NCBI GenBank assembly: GCA_965204745.1
Contig: OZ242010.1
Location: forward strand, 5,418,116 to 5,482,115
DNA: 64,000 nt
Source: Candidatus Latescibacterota bacterium
Lineage (GTDB): Bacteria > Latescibacterota > UBA2968
Direction of reading: 5' to 3'
This document shows, piece by piece, positions 1 to 10,104 of this stretch. The first letter of the stretch is position 1; every line of letters begins with the position of its first letter. Made by a program: the position numbers and the translations under genes. Below the pieces are notes generated by a model. The model did not search any database. It had not been told where the DNA came from and was given only the letters and a program-made list of their open reading frames with translations.

Positions 1-34
1 GACGCCTACGACAAAAATCGATACAAAAATTTAT

Positions 35-1453
35 GTGGTACAACCGGGGGATTCGCTGACGAAAATCGCCGATCAGTTTTCCATGAGCGTGATCGAACTC
101 AAGCAACTCAATGGCCTTACGTCGAATCGCATTCACCCCGGCCAACGCCTCCGAGTGCGCGCTTCTTCTACGCAACGACCACAGGCGCGCCCACCTTCTG
201 CCCAGATAAAAAATATAGAATACGTGGTGCAACCGGGGGATTCGCTGACGAAAATCGCCGATCAGTTTGACATGCACGTTGACGAACTCAAGCGACTCAA
301 TGGCCTTACGTCGAATCTCATTCGCCCCGGCCAACGCCTCCGCGTGCGCGACCTGTCTCCTGGCCGCTCATCTTCTGGGCGAGAAAATCGCGTTCAACCT
401 TCTTTTGGCGAAATGGAATATGTGGTAAAACCGGGGGATTCGCTTTCTAAAATCGCCACGCGGTTTGCCATTGATTTGGCGGCACTCAAACGCGCCAATG
501 GCCTCAGATCGGATCGCATTTATGTGGGGCAAAAGTTAAAGATCCGGACGCAGGCAAAAGAAATCGCGGCGCCCAATGGCCCGTATTATTTTTTTCAGCC
601 CAAAGCGACCGTGCAACGAAGCCGGAATTATCGGGAAGAACCGAAAACAAAGCCGATTGAAGATTATCGAAATGCCCACAATTTGCTACGCGGTTTCAAT
701 GCGGGGATCGATTTGCAAATGCGCCGAGAGGGGCGTAAATCACAGCCGTTAAAAGGATGGCGCGTTGTGCTTGACCCGGGGCACGGAGGGCGCGATCCGG
801 GCGCGATTGTTTCCAATGAAGATGGCAACAACAACCCGGTATATGTGGTTGAGGACGAATATGTGTACGATATTGGATTGCGGCTGTACCAAAAGCTGAG
901 ACTCGCCGGTGCCGCGGTGGAAATGACGGTGGTCAGTCCGAATCATCTCATTCGAGACAATGATCCTGCCGCGAAGACGTTCGTACACGAGCAAAATGAG
1001 GTCTATAACGATGAAGCCTACAATAGACGGAACAGTTTTTCAGTGCGCCCGGGGCTTAGCAACATCACGCAACGGGTCAAAATAGCCAACCGGTTTTTCC
1101 AGGGCGCAAGACCGGGACAGACCCTGTTTTTATCGCTCCATGCAGACAACAGCCCCGGTCGCCTCAAAGGGCCTATGGTTATTTATTGGGGGCGGCAGGG
1201 CAGAATCGATTCGCGGTCTCGAGCTTTTGCACGGGTTCTACAAAAAGCACTCGAGCGGTCGGGTGTACGCTCGCAAATTGGGGCGCGCAATCTGGCGGTG
1301 TTGCGGAACAATTCGGCGCACGCAGAAGTTCTGGTGGAAGTACGCAATGTACACGACACCGGCGAAGCCTATGCCTTGCGCTTCCACGACAAGCGCGAGG
1401 AGGATGTAGATCGCATTTTCCAGGGGATACTCAATTACGCAAAGCAACGGTAA
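35..1453 (+). CDS. LysM-repeat N-acetylmuramoyl-L-alanine amidase (Amidase_3); 5'-partial, frame open to the window edge
   Basis: Three LysM repeats (YVVQPGDSLTKIA...LN.L.S..I..GQ.L) followed by amidase motifs LDPGHGG, SLHAD and LVEV. Confidence 0.9.
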   Translation: MVQPGDSLTKIADQFSMSVIELKQLNGLTSNRIHPGQRLRVRASSTQRPQARPPSAQIKNIEYVVQPGDSLTKIADQFDMHVDELKRLNGLTSNLIRPGQRLRVRDLSPGRSSSGRENRVQPSFGEMEYVVKPGDSLSKIATRFAIDLAALKRANGLRSDRIYVGQKLKIRTQAKEIAAPNGPYYFFQPKATVQRSRNYREEPKTKPIEDYRNAHNLLRGFNAGIDLQMRREGRKSQPLKGWRVVLDPGHGGRDPGAIVSNEDGNNNPVYVVEDEYVYDIGLRLYQKLRLAGAAVEMTVVSPNHLIRDNDPAAKTFVHEQNEVYNDEAYNRRNSFSVRPGLSNITQRVKIANRFFQGARPGQTLFLSLHADNSPGRLKGPMVIYWGRQGRIDSRSRAFARVLQKALERSGVRSQIGARNLAVLRNNSAHAEVLVEVRNVHDTGEAYALRFHDKREEDVDRIFQGILNYAKQR

Positions 1454-1573
1454 GGTGAGACGGGAGAGGTAAGAGGTAAGATGGGATTTTAGCCATGAGC
1501 GGGGTACAACTGGCGATAGATAGTTCAAAGGCACAAAGCATATAGGGGTGCGGCTACTGGATTAAAATGTGCG

Positions 1574-1612
1574 AAAAAAAATAATAGCCCGAGTTCCTTG
1601 CGAACCCGGGCT
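1574..1612 (-). terminator. Rho-independent terminator between convergent genes
   Basis: Stem AGCCCGAGTTC/GAACCCGGGCT with an A-run on its left (U-tract on the minus strand). Confidence 0.6.
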
Positions 1613-1692
1613 TGTGCTTTATGTCGCGTCTAAAAAAAAAATAGAGAAGTATGTCTCCCGTGTAGGCTATGTCTGTGCGGGTAGGGGACGGG

Positions 1693-3270
1693 TTACATCC
1701 CCCACACCTCGATCTCCACTCCGCTGTCCAATGCTCGGCGATCTCGAAATATCTTGTCCCGCCAACGCCGATCCTCGCGGCGGTCAAAGATCACCAAGTG
1801 CCCCGCCTCTGCATCGCAGCGATCCATGTACTCGAAGGTCTGTTCCAGGCCCTCAGCGATGGTCCGTTCCAAAGTCTTGCGGAGCACTTTGCACTCGATG
1901 ACGAATTTGCGCTCTCGCTCGGCCTGGGGCCAGACGATGAGCAAATCAGTACGCAGACGGCCCAAGCCATACTCGCGCTCGATGCGCCCGCCGCTGTTCA
2001 TGATCCTTTGCAAAAACGCCTGCAACAGCAACTGGGGGCCGGCCTCTTGATACGCGAATCGCTTGACCCAATGCTCGGAGTGTTCGCGGAAGAAGGTTTG
2101 GAACGCGGTCAGCAATTTGACCACATCCAAACTGCCATCAGCGTTGACGTACCAGACCGTTTCCTGATTGAACTCCTCTTGTACCACCCATGTCAATTCG
2201 CGGGGAACGACTTCTGCGTAGATCGGGTTGGCGATGCGGATCGGACGATCTCGCGTCACGAGCCCGAGATCCTGTACATACTCCAAATCGCGATCCGTAA
2301 AATGGCGTTCCTCGCCACCGCTCAACAGCGGTTCAACCACGCGTTGCACCCGCTTCTCTTTGAGTTTATCGGTCAACTGGTCGAGATGTGTTTCGCGGCG
2401 CAAGATGAGTTGTTCTTGCGCTCCGCGGATGTCGTCCTCGGTGATCGGATCGATCCGCGCCTCTGTGGCTTCATCCTTGAAGCAGGTCTCGTAAGCCAGC
2501 GCGTTGACCAGCCATGGTTGCCCCTGTGTTTGTGTCCAGATCAATTCCATCGCCTCGGGCGTGAATACCTGACCCGTCTCCTCGGTGTGTTGCACGAGCA
2601 AGGCCCGCACCTCGTCTTGCGAAAAATCGCCCAAGCGCAACGATTGCGCCTTGATGTTAAATGCACTGCCCCCGGTAATGACCGCATTTTCTGTGGTGGA
2701 TTGGATGCGATAATCGCGCACGTCGCGCACCCCGCATAAGACGACGCTCTGCGGAAACCCCTTTGGGCGTAGGTCATAGCCGGCGCGCAACTGCCGCAAC
2801 ACCGCCAGCAACGAGTCGCCGATCAGCGAATCGATCTCGTCGATGAGCAACACCAAGGGCTTCGGATCAGCTTTTGCCCAGCGTGTCAATGTTGCATACA
2901 GCGCAGCACCCGGCCCGGTTTCGGCGAGAATGCCGGGCCAAACCTCGTGCAAAAATTCGTCGTCTAATATCAAACTGGCCCGAATTGCCAATGTCGCCAG
3001 AATGGTGCGCGTCACTTGTTCCACATCTTCGCGCATCGCCTGTCCGCTTTCGACATTGACGTACACGCAGCGGTAGCCATCCTCTTGGTTGAGCAAATCG
3101 CACAGGGCCAGTAGCGCAGACGTCTTGCCCGTTTGCCGGGGGGCGTGCAATACAAAATAGCGTTTGTCCCGGATGATTCGGCGCACCTCGGCGAGATTTA
3201 GCCGTTCCAAGGGCGGGATGCAGTAGTGGTCTTCAGCCACGACCGGGCCGGTGGTGTTGAAGAAGCGCAT
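1693..3270 (-). CDS. AAA-like ATPase with C-terminal PD-(D/E)XK-like nuclease domain
   Basis: MRFFNTTGP start, Walker A APRQTGKTS, Walker B LLIDEID, C-terminal RTDLLI...VIECK; RBS GAGGAG. Confidence 0.85.
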   Translation of the reverse strand: MRFFNTTGPVVAEDHYCIPPLERLNLAEVRRIIRDKRYFVLHAPRQTGKTSALLALCDLLNQEDGYRCVYVNVESGQAMREDVEQVTRTILATLAIRASLILDDEFLHEVWPGILAETGPGAALYATLTRWAKADPKPLVLLIDEIDSLIGDSLLAVLRQLRAGYDLRPKGFPQSVVLCGVRDVRDYRIQSTTENAVITGGSAFNIKAQSLRLGDFSQDEVRALLVQHTEETGQVFTPEAMELIWTQTQGQPWLVNALAYETCFKDEATEARIDPITEDDIRGAQEQLILRRETHLDQLTDKLKEKRVQRVVEPLLSGGEERHFTDRDLEYVQDLGLVTRDRPIRIANPIYAEVVPRELTWVVQEEFNQETVWYVNADGSLDVVKLLTAFQTFFREHSEHWVKRFAYQEAGPQLLLQAFLQRIMNSGGRIEREYGLGRLRTDLLIVWPQAERERKFVIECKVLRKTLERTIAEGLEQTFEYMDRCDAEAGHLVIFDRREDRRWRDKIFRDRRALDSGVEIEVWGM

Positions 3271-3283
3271 GGCGAGCGTCTCC

Positions 3284-4402
3284 TCATTTTAGATTCTCGG
3301 GATTGAGTCCCTGCAGGTCTTCGGCGATGAAACGGCCGTCTTTGCGAATGCACGCGTCGTCGAAGTGGATTTCCCCGCCGCCGTATTCCGGGGTTTGGAT
3401 GAAGACCATATCCCAATGTACGGAGGATCGGTTGCCGTTGTCCGCGTCGTCTTGATAGGCGTTGCCGGGCGTGAAGTGGAATGATCCCGCTATTTTTTCG
3501 TCGAAGAGAATGTCGAGCATGGGCGAGGTGATATAGGGGTTGAAGCCAATGGCAAATTCCCCGATGTAGCGCGCGCCTTCATCCGTGTTGAGAATCGCGT
3601 TGAGTTTGGCGGTGTCGCTCGCGGTCGCGTCTGTGATTTTGCCATCCCGAAAGGTCAACCGAATATCCGAAAACGGCGTGCCGTGATAAATGGTGGGCAC
3701 GTTGAACCGGATATGCCCATTGACAGAGGTTTTGACCGGGGCCGTGAAACACTCGCCGTCGGGAATGTTGCGCGAGCCAGTGCAGGTTCGCACCCCGATA
3801 TCTTTGATGCTAAACGACAAGTCCGTATCTACCCCCATGATATGCACGCGGTCCGTTTGTTCCATGCGCTTTTTTAAGGGCGCGACGGCCTGGGCCATTT
3901 TGCCGTAGTCGAGCGTACACACGTCAAAATAAAAATCCTCAAAGGCTTCGGTGCTTTGCCGCGCCTGTTGCGCCATCGAAGGCGTGGGCCATCGCAACAC
4001 CACCCATTTGGTTTTCGGCACGCGGATGGCAAAATGCACTGGGTTGAGCCAGTGCTTTTCGTACACATCCATTGCCGCGCTGGAGACATCCGAGAGTTCT
4101 GCGATGTTGCGACTGCCGCGCAACCCAATATAGACATGGGCGCGTTGCATGCGGTGGGCTTCATACGCGCCTATTTTTCGCATGGTGGTGACATCGCCTG
4201 CGCGGATGAGTTCGCGTTGGATGCGGGTGTTCTTGATGGACACCTGCGGGATGCCGCCCACATCGCGCACTTTGCGAATCAGCGCGATGAGCATATCTTC
4301 GGGCATGTCGTAGCCTTCGATGAGCACGGTTTCACCCGGTTGCACCTGCGTGGAATGATGAATCAAGACGTCGGCGAGTTTTTCCAATCGGGGGTCTTGC
4401 AT
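3284..4402 (-). CDS. Aminopeptidase, M29 (AmpS/aminopeptidase II) family
   Basis: MQDPRLEKLA start with RBS AAGGAG; motifs NIPDGECFTAP, GEFAIG, FDEKIAGSFH, SSVHWDMV. Confidence 0.93.
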   Translation of the reverse strand: MQDPRLEKLADVLIHHSTQVQPGETVLIEGYDMPEDMLIALIRKVRDVGGIPQVSIKNTRIQRELIRAGDVTTMRKIGAYEAHRMQRAHVYIGLRGSRNIAELSDVSSAAMDVYEKHWLNPVHFAIRVPKTKWVVLRWPTPSMAQQARQSTEAFEDFYFDVCTLDYGKMAQAVAPLKKRMEQTDRVHIMGVDTDLSFSIKDIGVRTCTGSRNIPDGECFTAPVKTSVNGHIRFNVPTIYHGTPFSDIRLTFRDGKITDATASDTAKLNAILNTDEGARYIGEFAIGFNPYITSPMLDILFDEKIAGSFHFTPGNAYQDDADNGNRSSVHWDMVFIQTPEYGGGEIHFDDACIRKDGRFIAEDLQGLNPENLK

Positions 4403-4837
4403 GGGGTCTCCTTTGCGACTATTGTTGGCGGTTAAAAAAAATAACACATGATAGACTTGCAAGCCATTCTTTTGTCACCCCACCTCCGGCCCCTCCCCGA
4501 GACGGAGAGAGGAGAAGTGATTCCCCATTCCTCTTATACTAAATTGATTTTCTGTTGACCTCATGCGATATGCTACCAGTCTGTGATCCCCTTGATGTAG
4601 GGAAATTTTGTGGTTATTGACGCGCATAATCACGTTTGTTATCGCGATTTGAATTGGGCATGGACACGGTATTTGCCGCCGAGTGAGCATATCGCACGCA
4701 ACTATCGCGTGGTTAATCCGGCCGATGCGTTGCGCTTGGTCCCTTTGGAAAGTCCGTGACATCGGGCAGTGTCACGGTTATTTTTAGATAGACTTTGACA
4801 GCCGTTCACATCAACCCCAAAACGAAAGGAGATCGCG

Positions 4838-5107
4838 ATGAGTGCAGAATTGATTGGCATTTTGACGGTGGGCGTTGCGATCATCGCCGTCGTTGCGGTG
4901 TTGTTTCAACGCCTTGACAGTCGCATTGACCTTTTGGAATCGCGGCTTGAAAAGCGTCTCGACCGGTTGGAAACGGGCATGGTGGATATACGCGAACGGC
5001 TGGTGCGCGGTGAAACCAAAGTCGATAGCCTCGAGCGATGGGCATTCCAGGGCATGCCCGAACCCCTGACTATACCACCCGCATCGCAGGCGGCGAAATC
5101 CTCTTAA
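4838..5107 (+). CDS. Small membrane-anchored coiled-coil protein
   Basis: RBS AAGGAG; N-terminal hydrophobic helix then heptad pattern RLDSRIDLLESRLEKRLDRLE. Confidence 0.75.
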   Translation: MSAELIGILTVGVAIIAVVAVLFQRLDSRIDLLESRLEKRLDRLETGMVDIRERLVRGETKVDSLERWAFQGMPEPLTIPPASQAAKSS

Positions 5108-5142
5108 AAAATATCCGGTCTGATCGATGAGGAGGTCATGAA

Positions 5143-5922
5143 ATGGCACTGTCCGACCACATGCACTGGTCGTTTCAATACGACGGGAGAAGCCAGAGGC
5201 CGCATTTTTGCAACCAGTTGATGGGTGTTTTGCGTCGGGCGGAGCGAGCGCGGGGTGGCGATAGGTACGCGATTTTGCCGAATTACTGGAAGGGGTACAA
5301 CCGCGCAACCGCGATGGCGAATGGGGTCGATCTGGCAATCGGCGAGGTCGCGATCAACAGAAGGCGCGAGGTGTCGGGGAACTGGCGTTACGACGTTCGG
5401 GTTTTGAATGCGACGAGTGGTGAAAATTTGCACTTTGACTTTTGTTGCGCGGACGATGACGTTCGCACCTTGTCGGACACCTGGCGCGTGCGGGCGATCA
5501 ATGGCGCGGGGGACGGCTATCGCACGTTCACCTGCGAGGGGCACATGACGGATCGACGAGAGGTCGCGCTCGTGGTCAATGGCGTCACATTGCCCGTCGG
5601 GCGTTTTGAGCTGTCGCAAGCCGTGACGTGTAACTGGGCGTTGTTCGACGCAATCCCCCATCTGGCCCATCGCCTAAAAGCGTTAGGCGAGCGGGTATCT
5701 CTGGGGATTTTAGAAGATTTGGAAAAAGTGCGCGCGCCCGCATCTATCGGCTTTTTGGAAGACTGGGTTATGCCACTTGACGACAGCGCGTTGGAACTCT
5801 CTGGTTTTTTCGTCTATGGCGCGGGCATGTTGCCATCGTATTGGTGGGTTGATCAGCAGGAGCGAGTGGTGATCGCCTCCACGACATTCCAAACCTTTGT
5901 GCTAGAAGGAGGCGCGGCATGA
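5143..5922 (+). CDS. Hypothetical protein, translationally coupled to a sulfatase
   Basis: RBS GAGGAGG, 259-aa ORF, ATGA overlap with the next gene. Confidence 0.75.
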   Translation: MALSDHMHWSFQYDGRSQRPHFCNQLMGVLRRAERARGGDRYAILPNYWKGYNRATAMANGVDLAIGEVAINRRREVSGNWRYDVRVLNATSGENLHFDFCCADDDVRTLSDTWRVRAINGAGDGYRTFTCEGHMTDRREVALVVNGVTLPVGRFELSQAVTCNWALFDAIPHLAHRLKALGERVSLGILEDLEKVRAPASIGFLEDWVMPLDDSALELSGFFVYGAGMLPSYWWVDQQERVVIASTTFQTFVLEGGAA

Positions 5923-7373
5923 GCGACCGCCCGAATATCCTGTTTATCAACACGGACCAACACACGTGGAATGCGATATCGGCGTATGGCAACGCGCATG
6001 TGCAAACGCCCAATATCGACCGCCTGCACGCCAATGGCATTTCGTTTATGCGCTCTTATTGCAGCGACCCGGTCTGCGCGCCTGCGCGGGCGAGTTGGAT
6101 GACGGGCCGTTTTACGTCGGAAGCGGGCACGCCGTTCAACGGGGGCTATTTGCACGACGATTTGCCGGATTTGGGACGAATTTTGAAAGCCGGCGGGTAT
6201 CGGGCGATTCACTGCGGCAAATGGCATGTGGATGGTCGAGATGTACACAGCAGTTTTGACGTGCTGTATTTCGGTCAACGCCCCATTGGCGCGGGCGGCG
6301 GCGAATATTACGATGCGGCGATGACGCACGCCGTGGTGGATTTTTTGACCGGTTGCAAAGATGCCGGCCCGTTTTACCTGCAAGTCGGGTACGTCAATCC
6401 CCACGACATTTGCGAGTATGGGCACAATTTTGAAACCAAAGAGATGCCCGACGCCATCCGCAGGGGGATGCTCAATGAAGCGGAGTTGCCGCCCCTGCCC
6501 GAGAATTTTGAGTACGATGAACGCGAGACGGTTTTGCACCGGGTGTGCAGGCGCGTGGATGAGTGCTTGATCCACTGGCCCATTTTGCGCGCGACGAGAA
6601 CGTGGGCCGAGCACCAATGGCGAACCTTTATTTGGCATCACCACCGGTTTGTGGAAAAGGTGGATGGCGAGATCGGCTTGATTTTGGCAGCGCTCGAACA
6701 AAGTGGGCACGCCGATGATACGCTGATCATTTTCAGTGTGGACCACGGCGAAGCCTTTGGGCAACACCAGATGTTCCAAAAATTTTCCCTGTACGAAGCG
6801 AGTATCCGCGTGCCGTTTATCGTAGCCACGCTCGGGCGCGGGTTGGATGTTCCAAAGGGGGTGTTCGATCAAACGCATTTTGTGTCCGGGGTCGATCTGT
6901 TGCCCACGGTTTGCGACTATGCCGGGATCGATCCGCCCGTGCATGTGCGGGGGATGAGCACGCGCCCCCTCGTTGAAGGCCGAGAGGTGGCGTGGCGCGA
7001 TTTTGCCTTTGTCGAGAGCAATTACTGGGGCCGCGCCCTGATTTTTGATCGGCATAAATACGTTTGTGAGTATATTCCCCAGGGAAATGAAAACGACCTG
7101 TTGCCGCCTGGCCCGGATCCCTATCGCATCGGCCTTGAGCAACTGTTCGATTTGCAGGCAGACCCGGCCGAGACGCGCAATCTCGCTTATGAGGCGGGCA
7201 ACCGCGCACTGCTGATGCACTGTCGCCAAACCATGCTGAATTTTGAATCCGGATTGGAACGGCGGCGCATTACCCATGCGCGGCCCGCGCAGCGAATCGG
7301 CGAATGGGCACAGCGGCTTCGGGCGCACTGGGATGCACATCCCGAGTTGAACGCGATGCGGATTCGGGGGTGA
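5919..7373 (+). CDS. Sulfatase (choline/aryl sulfatase-like)
   Basis: RPNILFINTDQ, formylglycine motif CAPARAS, GKWH, DHGE. Confidence 0.93.
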   Translation: MSDRPNILFINTDQHTWNAISAYGNAHVQTPNIDRLHANGISFMRSYCSDPVCAPARASWMTGRFTSEAGTPFNGGYLHDDLPDLGRILKAGGYRAIHCGKWHVDGRDVHSSFDVLYFGQRPIGAGGGEYYDAAMTHAVVDFLTGCKDAGPFYLQVGYVNPHDICEYGHNFETKEMPDAIRRGMLNEAELPPLPENFEYDERETVLHRVCRRVDECLIHWPILRATRTWAEHQWRTFIWHHHRFVEKVDGEIGLILAALEQSGHADDTLIIFSVDHGEAFGQHQMFQKFSLYEASIRVPFIVATLGRGLDVPKGVFDQTHFVSGVDLLPTVCDYAGIDPPVHVRGMSTRPLVEGREVAWRDFAFVESNYWGRALIFDRHKYVCEYIPQGNENDLLPPGPDPYRIGLEQLFDLQADPAETRNLAYEAGNRALLMHCRQTMLNFESGLERRRITHARPAQRIGEWAQRLRAHWDAHPELNAMRIRG

Positions 7374-7484
7374 GAGGGAAAACGGAGCAACCTTATACCA
7401 AATTGATTTTATATTTTCCGCATCCTGCTTCACATCAAAAATGAATGAGGAATAGACGGTCCGTAGGGATCATGCGGTGCTGAT

Positions 7485-7795
7485 TTAATGCGTTTGGTCC
7501 TACAGCCTCGGTTGTTGCTTTCGATGCCTTCGGCGACCTACTTTTTTTCAACAGCAAAAAAAAGTAGGCGAGCGGGGTACAACTGCCCCAGCAGTTCAAA
7601 AATGCCGCTCTCAAACGCCGAGGGGCTTGCACAGCGCAAAGCGCTTTTGTAATCGCACGACATGCGCCAGCCTGCAAGGTGGGTTGCCAGATGGATGTTG
7701 GTTGCGAAACGGCCTTGCGCGCTGTGCGTGATGGCTTTAGCTGATGGGCTTTTGCGATGGCAGGGGTGCCATGGCTTCGCTGAATGACTGTGGAA
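7485..7795 (+). repeat. Internal segment of MITE-like family A
   Basis: Closely matches 18130-18410 and the reverse complement of about 36885-37170; carries a 28-bp family-B insertion. Confidence 0.85.
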
Positions 7796-7886
7796 CCTCA
7801 AGAGGATCATGGACTCGGAGCAGATCGCATCACATCAAGACAACAGCAACTCAATTCGGTATTATTCTTTATGAAAGGACGACGCA

Positions 7887-9440
7887 ATGGACGCACCAGA
7901 CTACACGTCACTCGTGCCGCACTACGCGTTTCCAACCGCGCTGGCGAAACAGCGCGAGGCACTTGCGACCAATCCGTTGTTGCAGCGGATGAAGGACGCG
8001 CGGAAGGGATATGCGGGCGATCCGCACAGGCCCATCTATCACTACGTGAATCCCGAACACACGCTCAACGACCCCAATGGGCTTTGTTTTTGGCAGGGCC
8101 GATGGCATTTGTTTTATCAGGCGTATCCCCCCGAAGACCCGCGCCAGCACTGGGGCCATGCGATCAGCGATGATTTGATCCACTGGGAGGATTTGCCCTA
8201 CGCGATTTATCCGAATCCGGAGCGATGCTGTTTTTCGGGGGCAACGCTCGTGGAAGAAGACCGCGTGATCGCCATGTACCACGGCACAGAAGTCGGCAAT
8301 ATGGTGGCGGTGTCACATGATCCCCTGTTGTTGAACTGGGAGAAAGTGACCGGACGCGCCGTGATACCGATGAAGAATCCGGATGGCTCTGCGCCGCCCT
8401 ATCGGGTATTTGATCCGTGTATCTGGAAAAAGGGCGCGTTTTATTATTCGCTTTCCGGTGGCACATTGCCAGGACCGGGCGGCAAGCGCACGCGGGCAAA
8501 TTTTTTGCTCCGCTCGCCGGATTTGGCAACTTGGACGTATTTGCATCCGTTTGTGGAAGACGACCGCTTTACGCTGGTGGGCGACGATGGCGCGTGTCCC
8601 TATTTCTGGCCCATTGGCGACCGCCACATCTTGCTTTTTTATAGCCACATGAGCGGCGGGCAATATCTGCTCGGGGATTACGATACCGCCCGCGACAAGT
8701 TCGTCGTGACCGCGCATGACAAATGCAATTTCGGCCCCTCCGGCCCCTGCGGGGTCCACGCGCCTTCGGCAACGCCCGACAGCGAGGGCAATATCATCGC
8801 GATTTTCAACATGAACCCGGGAAAGCCGACAAAGAATTGGAATCAGATTATGACGTTGCCCCGCAAGTTGACGCTGGTGGGCGAAGAGGAGTTGCGGGTC
8901 GAGCCGGCAGGAGATGTGGCGTCGCTGAGGCGCGATCACCGTGAGGTGGCGGGGATGACGCTTGCGGCCAATCAGGAGGTGGTGCTCGACGGTATTCGGG
9001 GCAATGCCATGGAGATCGAAGCGGAGATCGATCCCAAAAACGCGCCGATGGTCGAGATGAATGTGTTGCGGTCGCCAAACGCGGAAGAGGTGACGCGCAT
9101 CCTGTTTTTCAAGGATCGCGGGTTTAGAAATCGGGCGTTGAACACGCAGAAGAGTTTGATCACCATCGACTCGTCTCGTTCTTCCATTTTGCCCGACGTG
9201 CGGACGCGCGCGCCCGAGACCGGGTCGGTTTCTATCGCGCCGGATGAGACCCTGAAGTTGCGCGTGTTCGTGGATAAGAGCGTGGTGGAGGTGTTCGTCA
9301 ATGGCAAACAATGCGTGGCCTTGCGCGTGTATCCCGGGCGTGAAGATAGCGTTGGCGTTTCCCTGCGGTCACAAGGCCAAGACAGCGAACTCATTTCGCT
9401 CGATGCGTGGCAGATGGAAGATATTTATGCGGGTCAGTAG
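7887..9440 (+). CDS. Glycoside hydrolase family 32 (beta-fructofuranosidase-like)
   Basis: LNDPNG, HLFYQ, WGHAISDDL, FSG, FDP and C-terminal VFVDKSVVEVFVNG. Confidence 0.93.
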   Translation: MDAPDYTSLVPHYAFPTALAKQREALATNPLLQRMKDARKGYAGDPHRPIYHYVNPEHTLNDPNGLCFWQGRWHLFYQAYPPEDPRQHWGHAISDDLIHWEDLPYAIYPNPERCCFSGATLVEEDRVIAMYHGTEVGNMVAVSHDPLLLNWEKVTGRAVIPMKNPDGSAPPYRVFDPCIWKKGAFYYSLSGGTLPGPGGKRTRANFLLRSPDLATWTYLHPFVEDDRFTLVGDDGACPYFWPIGDRHILLFYSHMSGGQYLLGDYDTARDKFVVTAHDKCNFGPSGPCGVHAPSATPDSEGNIIAIFNMNPGKPTKNWNQIMTLPRKLTLVGEEELRVEPAGDVASLRRDHREVAGMTLAANQEVVLDGIRGNAMEIEAEIDPKNAPMVEMNVLRSPNAEEVTRILFFKDRGFRNRALNTQKSLITIDSSRSSILPDVRTRAPETGSVSIAPDETLKLRVFVDKSVVEVFVNGKQCVALRVYPGREDSVGVSLRSQGQDSELISLDAWQMEDIYAGQ

Positions 9441-9498
9441 TCAGTCCCCGCGCCCAACCCCCTTCGGTGAGACGGGAGAGGTGAGACGGGAGAGGTGA
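9433..9498 (-). repeat. Family E composite element (heptamer tracts around a G-rich core)
   Basis: Reverse complement reads (CTCTCCCGTCTCAC)2-CGAAGGGGGTTGGGCGCGGGG-ACTGACTACTGAC; related copies near 21615, 25254, 25395, 32324, 38585 and 63130. Confidence 0.75.
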
Positions 9499-9544
9499 AG
9501 CAACCCCGCCACCGCCCAAGTGGTCAGCGAAATGAGTGGGTAAG

Positions 9545-10092
9545 TGTCTGAATCGCGGATTAAACGGATTACGCGGATGAACGCGGATTGGGTTGGCAGG
9601 TAGGGCGGAGGGTGCAGATGGCATAGACGCCGTAAGTGGGGTAAAGGAAGGACGCGGATTGGGTTGGCAGGTAGGGCGGAGGGTGCAGATGGCATAGACG
9701 CCGTAAGTGGGGTAAAGGAAGGACGCGGATTGGGGAGCGCAGATAGGGCGGAGGGTGCAGATGATACAGACGCCGCAAGTGGGCATGGTCTCTGTGTGCC
9801 TCGAGGCTTTACAGTTTGGGGGTGGCCTTGGCCTTGCAATCGCCACACAAAGGCGGTCAATCCCAAAGCGATGAGCAAGCGCAAGTGGGCAGAGGAAGCG
9901 GATGAAAAGCGAAAGGCACGGCTTTCAGCCCTCGTCAATCCGGTGGAAGCCGCTTTTGTTTTTTTGTCCAAAGATAAGCGGAGGACATAGCGGGTGCGAA
10001 GGTCGTAGGTGGTGCGAAGGACGCAGTAGGTGCGGGGTTGGTGCGGGGTAATCCGTGCAATCCCCAAATCCGCGTAATCCGCGATTCAGACA
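9545..10092. repeat. Family C TIR-bounded element with internal 71-bp tandem repeats
   Basis: Ends TGTCTGAATCGCGGATTA ... TAATCCGCGATTCAGACA; 71-bp units start at 9581, 9652 and 9723. Confidence 0.85.
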
Positions 10093-10104
10093 AATGGACC
10101 ATCC

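Noticed and set aside
1669-2739. Long antisense ORFs (also 5853-7433, 10732-12150, 21806-23140, 23165-24391, 37246-38328, 38711-40333)
   Set aside because: Shadow frames opposite well-supported genes, expected at this GC content and codon bias.
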